From assembly GCA_038840695.1 (NCBI GenBank), contig JAWBVE010000001.1:108896-172895 (forward strand): DNA of 64,000 nucleotides, in the 5' to 3' direction. The stretch is from Candidatus Pacearchaeota archaeon (lineage in GTDB: Archaea > Nanobdellota > Nanobdellia > Pacearchaeales > JAPDKA01). A program made the translations under genes and the position numbers. The notes beneath the pieces are model-generated. The model searched no databases, was not told the DNA's origin, and was given only the letters and a program-made list of their open reading frames with translations. Numbering within the stretch: the first letter of the stretch is position 1; every line of letters begins with the position of its first letter. Positions 8,379 to 17,751 of this stretch are shown one piece after another.

Positions 8379-9425
8379 ATGATCCCTAGGAAGATTGGGG
8401 TTATATTTAATCCAAGAGCAAGATTGGCGAGAGAGGGCAAAATAACAAGGCAGAAACTTGAACAAATTATGGCTAGAGCAAGTCATGATTATTCTGGCAG
8501 CTCCGGCAGCTTTGATTATATCATAAGAAATATTAACTTTGGGAATGCTGATGATATTTATATGAAATTACAGGAATTTAAAAATAAAGATATAAACATC
8601 GTTGCGATTGCTGGAGGCGATGGCACTTTGCACAGAACAATAAGTCAAATTATTAGTTACCAAGAAATTGAGGACTACCCAAAGTATATCTCGATTTTAA
8701 AATCAGGCACACAAAATATCATAGCAAAAGCATTTGGTTTTGGTGATGCTTACTCTACACTCGAAGCTCTTGTTAAACCTGAAAATGAACTAGAAGTAAT
8801 CGATGCTTTAACTCTTGAAATAAAAAAACTTAAAGAATGGGAGGAAGAACAAGAGGCAAGAGCTATATATGGTTTTAATTTGTCAGGATTAGCAATTGCT
8901 AATTTTATATTAAAATATCAGGACAAAAATGTTAAAGCATTTTTTATTAAAAAACCGTCAAAGGCTAAGATGTGGGCGTTGATATTAAAAGGAATTGTTT
9001 CAGGCATTTTAAATACAACTCTTTATAATGAAATTACAAAGCCAGCTAGATGTTCAATAATTCTTGATGATAAGGCTTTTATCGAGCTTTTGTATAATAT
9101 CTTTGTAATAGGTTCTATTCCTGTGAGGATTGCCGGATTTAACATATTCGATGAGGCCAAAATAAGGGATGAAAATAAAATTGCTGTGATTTGTGGCTAT
9201 GGAGGCATGAAAGATGTTTTTAAAGCGTGGCTTGGAAATTTTAAGTTTGGTGGACTTTATTATAAATATGTAAAAAAAGTTATGATAGAAGCAAAAGAGC
9301 CTTTATATTATGCTATTGATGGTGAGATTTACCACTTAAGTAATAATCAAAAGCTTCTCGCTAAACCAGGCAAAAAAATAAAAATAATCAGACCAAAATT
9401 GAGCAAACCGGAACAGCAAAACTAA
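8379..9425 (+). CDS. DAGK_cat-family lipid kinase-like protein
   Basis: 348 aa. Starts with IGVIFNPRA and carries the AIAGGDGTLHR motif typical of the diacylglycerol/sphingosine/NAD-kinase catalytic fold. Confidence 0.6.
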   Translation: MIPRKIGVIFNPRARLAREGKITRQKLEQIMARASHDYSGSSGSFDYIIRNINFGNADDIYMKLQEFKNKDINIVAIAGGDGTLHRTISQIISYQEIEDYPKYISILKSGTQNIIAKAFGFGDAYSTLEALVKPENELEVIDALTLEIKKLKEWEEEQEARAIYGFNLSGLAIANFILKYQDKNVKAFFIKKPSKAKMWALILKGIVSGILNTTLYNEITKPARCSIILDDKAFIELLYNIFVIGSIPVRIAGFNIFDEAKIRDENKIAVICGYGGMKDVFKAWLGNFKFGGLYYKYVKKVMIEAKEPLYYAIDGEIYHLSNNQKLLAKPGKKIKIIRPKLSKPEQQN

Positions 9426-9541
9426 CTAGCTTAGCAACTCGGAAAGTTTTCACAAAACTTGCAGCAAGGGAAGAGGGAAAGGGAGAGGAAGACGAAAAGC
9501 TAAAAAGATCAAGAAAGCCAAGGAAGCAGAAGCCTATTCTT

Positions 9542-10753
9542 TTATAAAAACTTTTTCATAAATTGCATTTCTTTTCTTATTTTATAAGTAGAGCAATGAA
9601 GTGACTTGCTTAGTATTTCTGCTAGCTCTCTTTCTTCGCTAATTTTCTTTTTATAAAGTTGAATAAAAAAAGAAGGATAGCTATACTTTACAAATTTTTT
9701 TCTTCTATGGCTTGTATGGCTTGCATGTATGTTTGATGCGTTTGCATATGGCCCAATTGCAGCTAGAAAAGTATTAACATAAGCCAAAAATCGCCAATAT
9801 TGCCATTTAATTATTCTATGCAGGAATAAATCAGCAAGGCTTAGCATTTCATAAGCTCTAGTTAATGCTTCTCCTTCGTATTCCTTAGCCACATTTTCAT
9901 CTATCCATCTTATAAGCTCACTATGCTCCATATCAAGGTTCTCAAATATTCCCTCATTAAGGATAGTAGAATTAAATAAAAGTCTGAGAGTATCAAAAAT
10001 TTTTTGTTCTTTGTCTCGAGAAGCAAGTTGCAAATAATCGCTAACTTCAGCAAGCAAAACTTTTTTGTTTTTTTCCCCTAGCGTCTGTAAATCGTTTATT
10101 GCAGCTCTCACATCACCTCTTGCATTAACTCCTATAAGCCTTAGTGCATCCTCATTAATGCTAATTCCTTCCTTTTTTGCAATTCTTTTTAAAATTCTCA
10201 CTATCCTTTCACTATCTAAGGGTTTTATCTCTATCAACAAAGAATTTTTTCTAAGTTCAACAAATCTCTTGTCATAAGGATCAGAAGTGATTAAAATTAT
10301 AGGGTAGCTTGAACTCATCAAAAGTCTTTTAAGCTCTTGTAGGCCTCCTTTATCTTCTTGCCCTGAAATTCCCTCAAGTTCATCGACAAGAATAAGTTTG
10401 CCTTTTTCAAATAGACTTTTTTGTTTTATTGCTTCTCCAACGACTCTTTTAATGCTTTCTTTATCTCTTAAATCGCTTGCATTTAACTCAATTAGCTCAA
10501 GCTTTAATTGATTTGCAATTGCATAAACTAGAGCTGTTTTTCCTGTTCCCGTCGGGCCATAGATTATACATGCATATAATCCTTTTTTTCTTATTTCTTC
10601 ATAATTTTTAACAAAATTGAGTACTTTTATTTTTTCTTCTTCGAGATTTTCAAACTCACTTAGGTTTAATGGCCTATACTTTTCAGCAAAAAGTTCTTTA
10701 GTTCTTTTTGCTTCTTTTTCACTTGCTTCTTTTTTTATTTCGATATCTTTCAT
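9542..10753 (-). CDS. rfcL: replication factor C large subunit
   Basis: 403 aa. AEKYRP box, Walker A GPTGTGKTAL, Walker B LVDELEG. Lies immediately downstream of the small subunit gene. Confidence 0.9.
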   Translation of the reverse strand: MKDIEIKKEASEKEAKRTKELFAEKYRPLNLSEFENLEEEKIKVLNFVKNYEEIRKKGLYACIIYGPTGTGKTALVYAIANQLKLELIELNASDLRDKESIKRVVGEAIKQKSLFEKGKLILVDELEGISGQEDKGGLQELKRLLMSSSYPIILITSDPYDKRFVELRKNSLLIEIKPLDSERIVRILKRIAKKEGISINEDALRLIGVNARGDVRAAINDLQTLGEKNKKVLLAEVSDYLQLASRDKEQKIFDTLRLLFNSTILNEGIFENLDMEHSELIRWIDENVAKEYEGEALTRAYEMLSLADLFLHRIIKWQYWRFLAYVNTFLAAIGPYANASNIHASHTSHRRKKFVKYSYPSFFIQLYKKKISEERELAEILSKSLHCSTYKIRKEMQFMKKFL

Positions 10754-10764
10754 TCTAATTTATT

Positions 10765-11778
10765 TTATTTTTCTCCTTTTCCAACAAAAGAAATAAATGC
10801 AAGCAAACTCTCAAGTTGTATTAAATCGTCTGCACCTTCGACAAGCCTAAATTCTATTTCTGCCATTTTCTCAATTATTTTCATTTTTTGTTCGATTGGT
10901 ATATCAATCCTCACAAGCTCTCTTTCCATCGCTTTTATTATATCAATTCCATAAATTCCTTGTCTCATCAGCATATTAATTAAAATTGCCTTTGCCTGCT
11001 CGAAATTTCCTTTTAGGGCTGTATCAATTAACTCTGCCATGTCTCGTGGCTTTACTTCAGCAACAATTTCATAAACTAGGCTCTCATCTATGTTCTTGCT
11101 AACACTTGCACATGTCTGAATTAAATTTATGACTCTTCTGCAATCCCCTCCACTTATCTCATACAAAGCTTTTATTGCTTCTTTGCTTATCTTTAATTTT
11201 TCATTCTTTGCTATCTTTTCAACAATTTTTTCAATTTCTCTTTGGCCAAGAAGCTTAAATCTAAAAATACTTGTTCTTGATTGTATTGGGTCAATTATCT
11301 TGCTCGAATAATTACAACTCAAGATAAAACGGCATGTAGAAGTGAAGTTTTCCATAGTCCTTCTTAATGCTTGTTGTGCTTCTTTTGTTAGGGCATCAGC
11401 TTCATCAAGAAAAATTATTTTAAAAGGCACATCACCAATAGCCTTTGTTCTTGCAAAATCCTTAACCTTTTCCCTTATCACATTAATTCCTCGCTCATCA
11501 CTTGCATTGAGCTCAAGATAATTTTCTCGCCAATTCTTTCCAAAAAGTTTTTTCACCATAACTAAAGCAAGCGTTGTTTTGCCTGTTCCTGCCGGGCCCG
11601 CAAAAAGCAAATGAGGCATATTGCGCTGTTCAACAAAAGCCTTAGCTCTCTTTACAATCTCGTCCTGCCCATAAATCTCACTAAAATCTTGCGGTCTATA
11701 TTTTTCAGCCCAAACAATATCTTCATAGCCTGTCTCTTTTTCTCGCCCTTCTTTTTCTTCGCTAACTTCTCTTTTCAT
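10765..11778 (-). CDS. rfcS: replication factor C small subunit
   Basis: 337 aa. WAEKYRPQ box, GPAGTGKTT, IFLDEADALT, SRT(C)-type sensor SRTSIFRF. No intein. Confidence 0.95.
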   Translation of the reverse strand: MKREVSEEKEGREKETGYEDIVWAEKYRPQDFSEIYGQDEIVKRAKAFVEQRNMPHLLFAGPAGTGKTTLALVMVKKLFGKNWRENYLELNASDERGINVIREKVKDFARTKAIGDVPFKIIFLDEADALTKEAQQALRRTMENFTSTCRFILSCNYSSKIIDPIQSRTSIFRFKLLGQREIEKIVEKIAKNEKLKISKEAIKALYEISGGDCRRVINLIQTCASVSKNIDESLVYEIVAEVKPRDMAELIDTALKGNFEQAKAILINMLMRQGIYGIDIIKAMERELVRIDIPIEQKMKIIEKMAEIEFRLVEGADDLIQLESLLAFISFVGKGEK

Positions 11779-11836
11779 TTTTGTTTGTTTTGTTATTTTG
11801 TTATTTTGTTTTTGTTTTTTATGCCTTTTGTTTATT

Positions 11837-12544
11837 TTAAAGCTTATCTTTCCTTTGTAAAATTTGTGCTATCTCCTCTTCACTTATCGAACATCCATAG
11901 GCTTTTGCACCATAAATTAGTGCATCAAGTCCTTCTTTATTATCTTCAAATCCAGTTTTCCGCTTTTCAAAGCCAATTATTAAAATCTCACTTGATCTAA
12001 TTATTTTAAAATTTTTGTTTTTAAACTGTGATGCAATTTTCTGGTTTATGTAAATTTTTCTGTGCACTTTTCCCTCAATCAACTTTGCCAAACTTTCCGG
12101 ATTCTCTAAAATCATCCTAGCAGTTCTTTCGTCTATAACAAGAGCCTTATCTTTCAGATTTAGCAATTCATAAAGTGCTATACAACTTGCTTCTCCACGA
12201 TGAATTATTTTTATCTTTTCATTGTTTACATGAAAGATAGAATTTATTTCATTCAAGATTTGATCTGTTCTTTTATCAAGTTCCTTATCATTAATCACCT
12301 CAATTATCCTTTCCTCAACGAATTTTTTAATCATCAAAGCTCTTAGCTCATATTTTTTTATTTCTATCGGCACATTTACACATTCATTATAAACATCACG
12401 TGTAATGAGAAATTTTCCATCAAAGCCTATTTTTAATTCTTTCAATAGCTCAAGCATTCCAATCATGTTTAGAGTTATTATTGACGATGCATCAAATATC
12501 AAGGCTTTTCTTGCCTGAACTTCAGCAATTTTTAGCTCTCTCAT
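11837..12544 (-). CDS. PIN-like domain protein (COG2405/DUF3368-like), extended
   Basis: 235 aa. Acidic positions in ALIFDASS, RGEASCIALY and LVIDERTAR resemble the PIN-type catalytic pattern. Only 3 nt from the upstream HTH gene. Confidence 0.35.
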   Translation of the reverse strand: MRELKIAEVQARKALIFDASSIITLNMIGMLELLKELKIGFDGKFLITRDVYNECVNVPIEIKKYELRALMIKKFVEERIIEVINDKELDKRTDQILNEINSIFHVNNEKIKIIHRGEASCIALYELLNLKDKALVIDERTARMILENPESLAKLIEGKVHRKIYINQKIASQFKNKNFKIIRSSEILIIGFEKRKTGFEDNKEGLDALIYGAKAYGCSISEEEIAQILQRKDKL

Positions 12545-12547
12545 GGC

Positions 12548-13210
12548 TTATTCAAAAAGTTCTCTTGCAATTTTTATTCTTTCAAAGATTGGCTTTGTGA
12601 TTGTGAGTGGCACATTGGCAATTCCTGTTTGGCCTATATATTCTGCAAGTTCCCAAGGAGTTATGCCCAGAATTTCTGCAGTTTGGCCAAAACTTATTCC
12701 ATGCTCATAAATTCTAGAGCCCTTATTAATCCGAGCTTTTCTAAAAATTTGTTCAACATATGCTCTTAAATGTCCACTGAGCTTTTCTATACTTTTAGTT
12801 ATTTCGACAAGTCCTTTCCTAAAATCTTCAAATTTATTTTGTTTTAATGCATAATAACAGCCATCAATACTTTTTTTTATACTTTCAAAAAATACAGGCC
12901 AATCACTATATTCTCTATATTTAGGTCTCTCCATTATCTTTGAAATAGCATAAATAATGACTGCCATGCTTATACTTTCAGTATCCTGATAAATGCTAGC
13001 ACTATGAATAGTAAAATTGCTAAGTTCTTTGATCTTTTGTGCATTTTCTTCTTTTATATATTGCCTTAGATTTTCAAAAATTTTCAGCAGGTGTTCTGGC
13101 TCCCTTATTGTAACTGCCTCATTCTCATCCCTTCCCTCTTCCCTCCCCTCTTTTTCTTCTTTTTGCATAGAAAAAAATAAAAATAAGGCTATATAAGCTT
13201 TTTTATGCAA
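12548..13210 (-). CDS. HTH-containing protein (UPF0175-like C-terminus); start uncertain
   Basis: 220-aa ORF. The C-terminal SFGQTAEILGITPWELAEYIGQTGI looks like a helix-turn-helix. The annotated start overlaps the divergent dph2-like start, so the real start is probably the internal Met at 13168 (MQKEEKEG). Confidence 0.35.
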   Translation of the reverse strand: MHKKAYIALFLFFSMQKEEKEGREEGRDENEAVTIREPEHLLKIFENLRQYIKEENAQKIKELSNFTIHSASIYQDTESISMAVIIYAISKIMERPKYREYSDWPVFFESIKKSIDGCYYALKQNKFEDFRKGLVEITKSIEKLSGHLRAYVEQIFRKARINKGSRIYEHGISFGQTAEILGITPWELAEYIGQTGIANVPLTITKPIFERIKIARELFE

Positions 13211-13540
13211 ATGATCAGCGCATCAAAAGCTGTAGATATAGACGAGATAGGAAATATAGACTTAGAGGAAAAAAAACTTATTAAGTTAATAAGAGAAAAA
13301 AAAGCAAGGCTTGTTTTGCTTCAGTTGCCTAATGGCTTAAAACAAAGAGCACTTGAACTTTCAAATTTTATAGAAAAAAACACAAAAGCAAAATGTCTTA
13401 TTTGGCTTGATTCATGTTTTGGGGCATGTGATGTTTCAGTCATTCCGTCAAGTATGGCAAAGAAAATTGATATTCTAATTAGCTTCGGCCATAGCCTCTG
13501 GCCTTTCGAGAAAAAAATAAAGGCAAAAGAAATTGATTAA
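13205..13540 (+). pseudogene. dph2: truncated dph2 (2-(3-amino-3-carboxypropyl)histidine synthase), N-terminal domain only
   Basis: 111 aa. ARLVLLQLPNGLKQRALEL...DSCFGACDVS...DILISFGHS follows the Dph2 N-terminal domain pattern (xQxPxGL...YGACD...GHS). It stops after about one third of the usual length. Confidence 0.6.
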
Positions 13541-13618
13541 GCAACAGCAAACCAGCGCGCGCCGTCCTAGCCTAAAGCCGATTCCGACTTTCCTAACTCA
13601 ACCAGCCCCCATTCTCCC

Positions 13619-15052
13619 TTAATAGCTTTCTCCTTCCTCCTCTTCGCGCTCAACAAAAAGTGTTGCAGTATTGCTGCTCTTTATTATTTTGTTTCCTTTC
13701 TTATCAATGTACTTTAGCTTTGCAGCTGGCAACTCAAGCCTGCCTTCATACTTAAGCTTGCTTAAGCATACATAATTTATCCTCTTTTCTTCGCCAGGCA
13801 AAAGCTCGCCGATTCTCCAATAAAGTTTGTTTTGTTCAACTTTGTCAGGCAAAGTAAAGCCATATTCATGATACTTCATTGATAAAGGCACTAAATCAAG
13901 CAAGGCAACATCTTTTAAAGGCGCTGTAGTTTTGTTTTTGATTGTTAAATAAACTCTAAGACCAAAGCCTGCCTTTGTCTTTATTTTCTTTGCTTCTTTA
14001 GTTATTGTTACATATTCACGTTTGCCAAAATAAATTGCAATTGCAATTATTAGCAAAATAATGAGTGGTATGATAAGCCAGGCATAATTTATTGTAACCT
14101 TAAATGACGCACTTTCTCCTGGCTCAAGTGAGCTTTGAAAGACATAAACATATTTTCCAGCGACTTTTTTTATTTGACTTGGCTTTGGCTTCGCTTTTGC
14201 AAAGGCTTTTTCAAAACCACCAAGTCTTATTTCAGCTTCAACATCAGCTCTGCTATTTCCAGCATTTGTCTTTTTAACCTCAATTGCCTTTCCTATAAAT
14301 ATTGTTTTCTCTTTGCTCTCAGTCAATATATTTCTATATTCAGAAAGCAAGATGATTTTTTCAAATTCATATTCGCCCTTGCCACTTCTAAGACTACAAG
14401 ACACTAGCTTTTCTCCTGCTCGAGCTTTTTGCAACTTTTCCTTATTAAGCTCTATTTCAAATTCCTTTTCTTCATACCCCTTTAATGAAAGTTGCAACTC
14501 AGCCATACCATTTTTCAAAATTTCAGACTCAAGCTTAAGTGTTAGACCGTCGAAGCTAGCATCCAGATTATTTTTAACTTTTATTTTTATTTTTTCCTCC
14601 TCATTGCTTATGGCTGTAGGAAAAGTAAAGCTAAAGGCATCAGCCGCACTTACTATTGAAAATGTATATTTATCCTCGAAAGCTCCAGCAGAATTTTTTA
14701 TGTAATAGGTATAAGTATATCTTCCTGGCTCAAGCGGCTTTTTGAGATAAAATTTTAATGTAAGCTCTTTTTCTTCTAAGCCATCAAAATGTACAGGATC
14801 TATTGGCGAGATAAAAACATCAAGTAGTGAAAAAAATTTATAATAATCAGAATAAATTTGTAAATTTTTTAGATTTAGCTTATATTCAATAGGTATATCA
14901 GGAAATTCAGCTATGCCTATAGCTCTAATTGGAGTCTTTTTAAAAATAAAGCCATCTAGTTGAGTTTGGGCAAGAGCAAAAGTGGCTAAAAACAAAAGTA
15001 CTGAAAAGATTAATGAAAGCTCTACTGAAAGCACAATTGAACTTTTTTTCAT
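13619..15052 (-). CDS. signal-peptide protein with beta-sandwich (CARDB/DUF11-like) domains and a central TM helix
   Basis: 477 aa. N-terminal signal-like helix, TM WLIIPLIILLIIAIAIYF around aa 325, repeated beta-rich modules, acidic C-terminus. Confidence 0.45.
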   Translation of the reverse strand: MKKSSIVLSVELSLIFSVLLFLATFALAQTQLDGFIFKKTPIRAIGIAEFPDIPIEYKLNLKNLQIYSDYYKFFSLLDVFISPIDPVHFDGLEEKELTLKFYLKKPLEPGRYTYTYYIKNSAGAFEDKYTFSIVSAADAFSFTFPTAISNEEEKIKIKVKNNLDASFDGLTLKLESEILKNGMAELQLSLKGYEEKEFEIELNKEKLQKARAGEKLVSCSLRSGKGEYEFEKIILLSEYRNILTESKEKTIFIGKAIEVKKTNAGNSRADVEAEIRLGGFEKAFAKAKPKPSQIKKVAGKYVYVFQSSLEPGESASFKVTINYAWLIIPLIILLIIAIAIYFGKREYVTITKEAKKIKTKAGFGLRVYLTIKNKTTAPLKDVALLDLVPLSMKYHEYGFTLPDKVEQNKLYWRIGELLPGEEKRINYVCLSKLKYEGRLELPAAKLKYIDKKGNKIIKSSNTATLFVEREEEEGESY

Positions 15053-15254
15053 TTAATTTTTTCTTATTTTCTCTTTAAAAACTTTTCTTTACTCGAGTAT
15101 TCATTTACTAAAGTAGTCACTTACTTATTTAACTTTCTGAGCTTTTTAATGCTTCTTTTGCTACTTTAAGCTTAGCCTAGAATAGTAAACCTTATAAGTT
15201 TTAAATGTTACTATTTTAAAAGAATAATTCAAAAATAATTTATCAAAAACAAAA

Positions 15255-15674
15255 ATGGTAGGGAAAAAAGGAATCGATTTAATAAATTATTTGAAAGCGA
15301 AAGGAATAATAAATTCCAAGCTAGAATCAGTGCTTTCTTGGATATATGGTTGTAGCATAAACCAGTTTTTGCTCTATGATTGCCCTTACTTTAGTGATGG
15401 GAAAAAATGTTGGTGTATAGAAAACCCAAAGAAAAAGTGCGAATATTCGATAAAAAAACTGCAGGAGTTTTATAATACTTGCTTAGCTATAAGAAAAAAG
15501 AAAAATAAAAGCATGAATGACAAGAATCTTGAAAAGTTAATTAAAAAAATAAAAAATTTGGAAAGAGATGTTTACTGTAGTTATTGGGATCTTCCTTCTT
15601 TTGAATATGATGAAAGAATTAGACGTTGTAAAAAAGAAATGGAGGAGACGGAAAGTTTTGAGCAGATGAAATAA
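15255..15674 (+). CDS. hypothetical Cys-containing protein
   Basis: 139-aa ORF. No recognisable motifs. Confidence 0.35.
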   Translation: MVGKKGIDLINYLKAKGIINSKLESVLSWIYGCSINQFLLYDCPYFSDGKKCWCIENPKKKCEYSIKKLQEFYNTCLAIRKKKNKSMNDKNLEKLIKKIKNLERDVYCSYWDLPSFEYDERIRRCKKEMEETESFEQMK

Positions 15675-15728
15675 AAGCTAATATTGAACAAATCGAGATA
15701 AAGGCATGGAACTAGGAAATAAGAGTGA

Positions 15729-15947
15729 ATGAGGAAAGGAGTGAACGAGGAAAAAGAACCAAAAGATTTATTAAGGCTTTATGTATTAGAGAACATGGCA
15801 GAACAAAAAAAATATCAATGTGAGGCTTGTGGTTATGAATTTGTTTCCTATCGACAACCAAAGCTATGCCCTTATTGTGGCAAAGAAAATAGTGTTAAGC
15901 CTGTAAAAACTGCTGCAGATATTCTAGATGAAGTAGGAGAGGAATAA
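15729..15947 (+). CDS. small zinc-ribbon protein
   Basis: CEACGYEF...CPYCG forms two CxxC pairs. The true start may be the internal MAEQKK at 15795. Confidence 0.5.
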   Translation: MRKGVNEEKEPKDLLRLYVLENMAEQKKYQCEACGYEFVSYRQPKLCPYCGKENSVKPVKTAADILDEVGEE

Positions 15948-16534
15948 GAAAAAAAGAGAATAAGAAAAGAGAGAAAGAAGTAGAAAAGCATGAGCGTGCA
16001 GAGAGCCATAGAAAAGGATACAGTGGTATGTAGTTCAGTGGATCTCAGTGGTATATAGCTATAGTGTGTACAGCAAAGCTGGGCTTGTAAACCAAAAGCA
16101 CTCAAAGTTGCAAAAAATTTCTTAATGCAAAAAATTTCTTAATGCTTAGTCTTCCCACACCAATTTCTTCCTCTTTTCTTAACTTTTTCCTTAATCATCT
16201 CTTAATTCTACATGCCCTAAGTCCAGAACAAACCAAGAACAAACAAGAACAAATCTAACAAAGAATAACAAAAAACAAAGAACAGAACAAACAAGAATAA
16301 AGAGAAAAAGAAAAAGAACAAAGAGAAAAAGAACAAAGAGAAAAAAAACAAAGAGAAAAATAACTAAAATAAAAATAATTGCACAACTCTTCTACTTCTT
16401 GCTTAATTCCTAGCTTACACCTTACACTCTTGCCTTTCTCTTATCTTCCCGTCTCTCCGCACTTCCCACGCTGCCCAAACCCAAACCCACACTATCTTCT
16501 AACCAAATTGGCTTTTGTTTAGCTGTCAATGTCC

Positions 16535-17608
16535 TTACTTGAATACTCTTATGCCGAGATCTTTTGATAGCTCTGCTTTAGGCTCCTCTATATATCGAGG
16601 CTTTCCCAAAACAAATGGGCTCTTTACACCTGTTATGATTGTTATTACTCTTACTTTTCCTTTAAAGTCCTTGCTTATCCTTGCTCCGATTATGACATTT
16701 GCGTCAGGGCTTAAGTGCTGTGTTACTAGTTCGCCCACATTATTAAGCTCTTCAAGCTTGAAGTCATCACCACAAGTAACATGGATTAATGCTCCATTAG
16801 CTCCTTTATAGTCTACATCGAGCAATGGATGTGCAAGTGCCATCTTTACTGCCTCTTCAACTCTATTTGCTGTATCACTTTGGCCTACTCCAATAATTGC
16901 AACATCACCATTTTTCATTATTGCTGAGACATCTGCAAAGTCAAGATTGATTAATGAAGGCATTGTTATTGTCTCAACTATGCCCTTTATCATCGTACTT
17001 ATCAATTCATTTGCTACAGCAAAAGCCTGTTCGATAGGTAAGTTTCCAGCTATCTCAACGAGCCTGTTGTTGTCAATAACTATGACAGTATCACAATATT
17101 CTCTCAACTGCTGCAAGCCAAATTCTGCCTTGTCAATTCTTGCTCGCTCTGTTTCAAAAGGCATAGTTACTACACCGATTGTTATTGCTCCCATATCCTT
17201 TGCTATCTGCGCTACAATTGGAGCAGCTCCTGTTCCTGTGCCTCCTCCTTCTCCTGCAATAATAAAAACCATGTCTGCTCCTTGCATGGCTTTCTTTATC
17301 TCCGCAACACTCTCTTTAGCTGCAAGTGCACCCTTTTCAGGAAAGCCACCACAGCCCAAGCCCCTTGTAAGCTCTTTTCCGAGTAATATCTTCTCGTCGG
17401 CTTTTGTAACACTTAAATGCAATGCGTCAGTGTTCAATCCATAAACCTTTGCTCCCTCTATTCCCTTATTGTAAAGCCATGTTATTGCATTACACCCAGC
17501 TCCACCAACTCCAAAAACCTTTATATTCGCCTTTCCTGCCTTAAGTTCGTCGAAATTTATTCCAAAAGTCTTTGCGTGTTCTATTGCTTCTTTTGCCAGC
17601 TCTAACAT
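16535..17608 (-). CDS. ftsZ: cell division GTPase FtsZ
   Basis: 357 aa. GVGGAGCNA and the tubulin signature GGGTGTGAAPIVA. Confidence 0.95.
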   Translation of the reverse strand: MLELAKEAIEHAKTFGINFDELKAGKANIKVFGVGGAGCNAITWLYNKGIEGAKVYGLNTDALHLSVTKADEKILLGKELTRGLGCGGFPEKGALAAKESVAEIKKAMQGADMVFIIAGEGGGTGTGAAPIVAQIAKDMGAITIGVVTMPFETERARIDKAEFGLQQLREYCDTVIVIDNNRLVEIAGNLPIEQAFAVANELISTMIKGIVETITMPSLINLDFADVSAIMKNGDVAIIGVGQSDTANRVEEAVKMALAHPLLDVDYKGANGALIHVTCGDDFKLEELNNVGELVTQHLSPDANVIIGARISKDFKGKVRVITIITGVKSPFVLGKPRYIEEPKAELSKDLGIRVFK

Positions 17609-17751
17609 TTTTTATTTAAAAATAAATTTAGTTTTTATCTTTTTTCAGCTTTTGGCTCTTTATAAATATTTTTGTTTTAGAGAATATACATTCAGTTACT
17701 ACTTTTTTCTATTTTTTTGTCTCAGTTACTACTTTCTTCTCGCAATTTTTA

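Noticed and set aside
16015-16100. Possible tRNA or split-tRNA half (GTAGTTCAGTGG resembles a D-arm; CTTGTAA resembles an anticodon loop)
   Set aside because: I could not build a 7-bp acceptor stem, a T arm (no GTTCRANYC) or a consistent cloverleaf on either strand.
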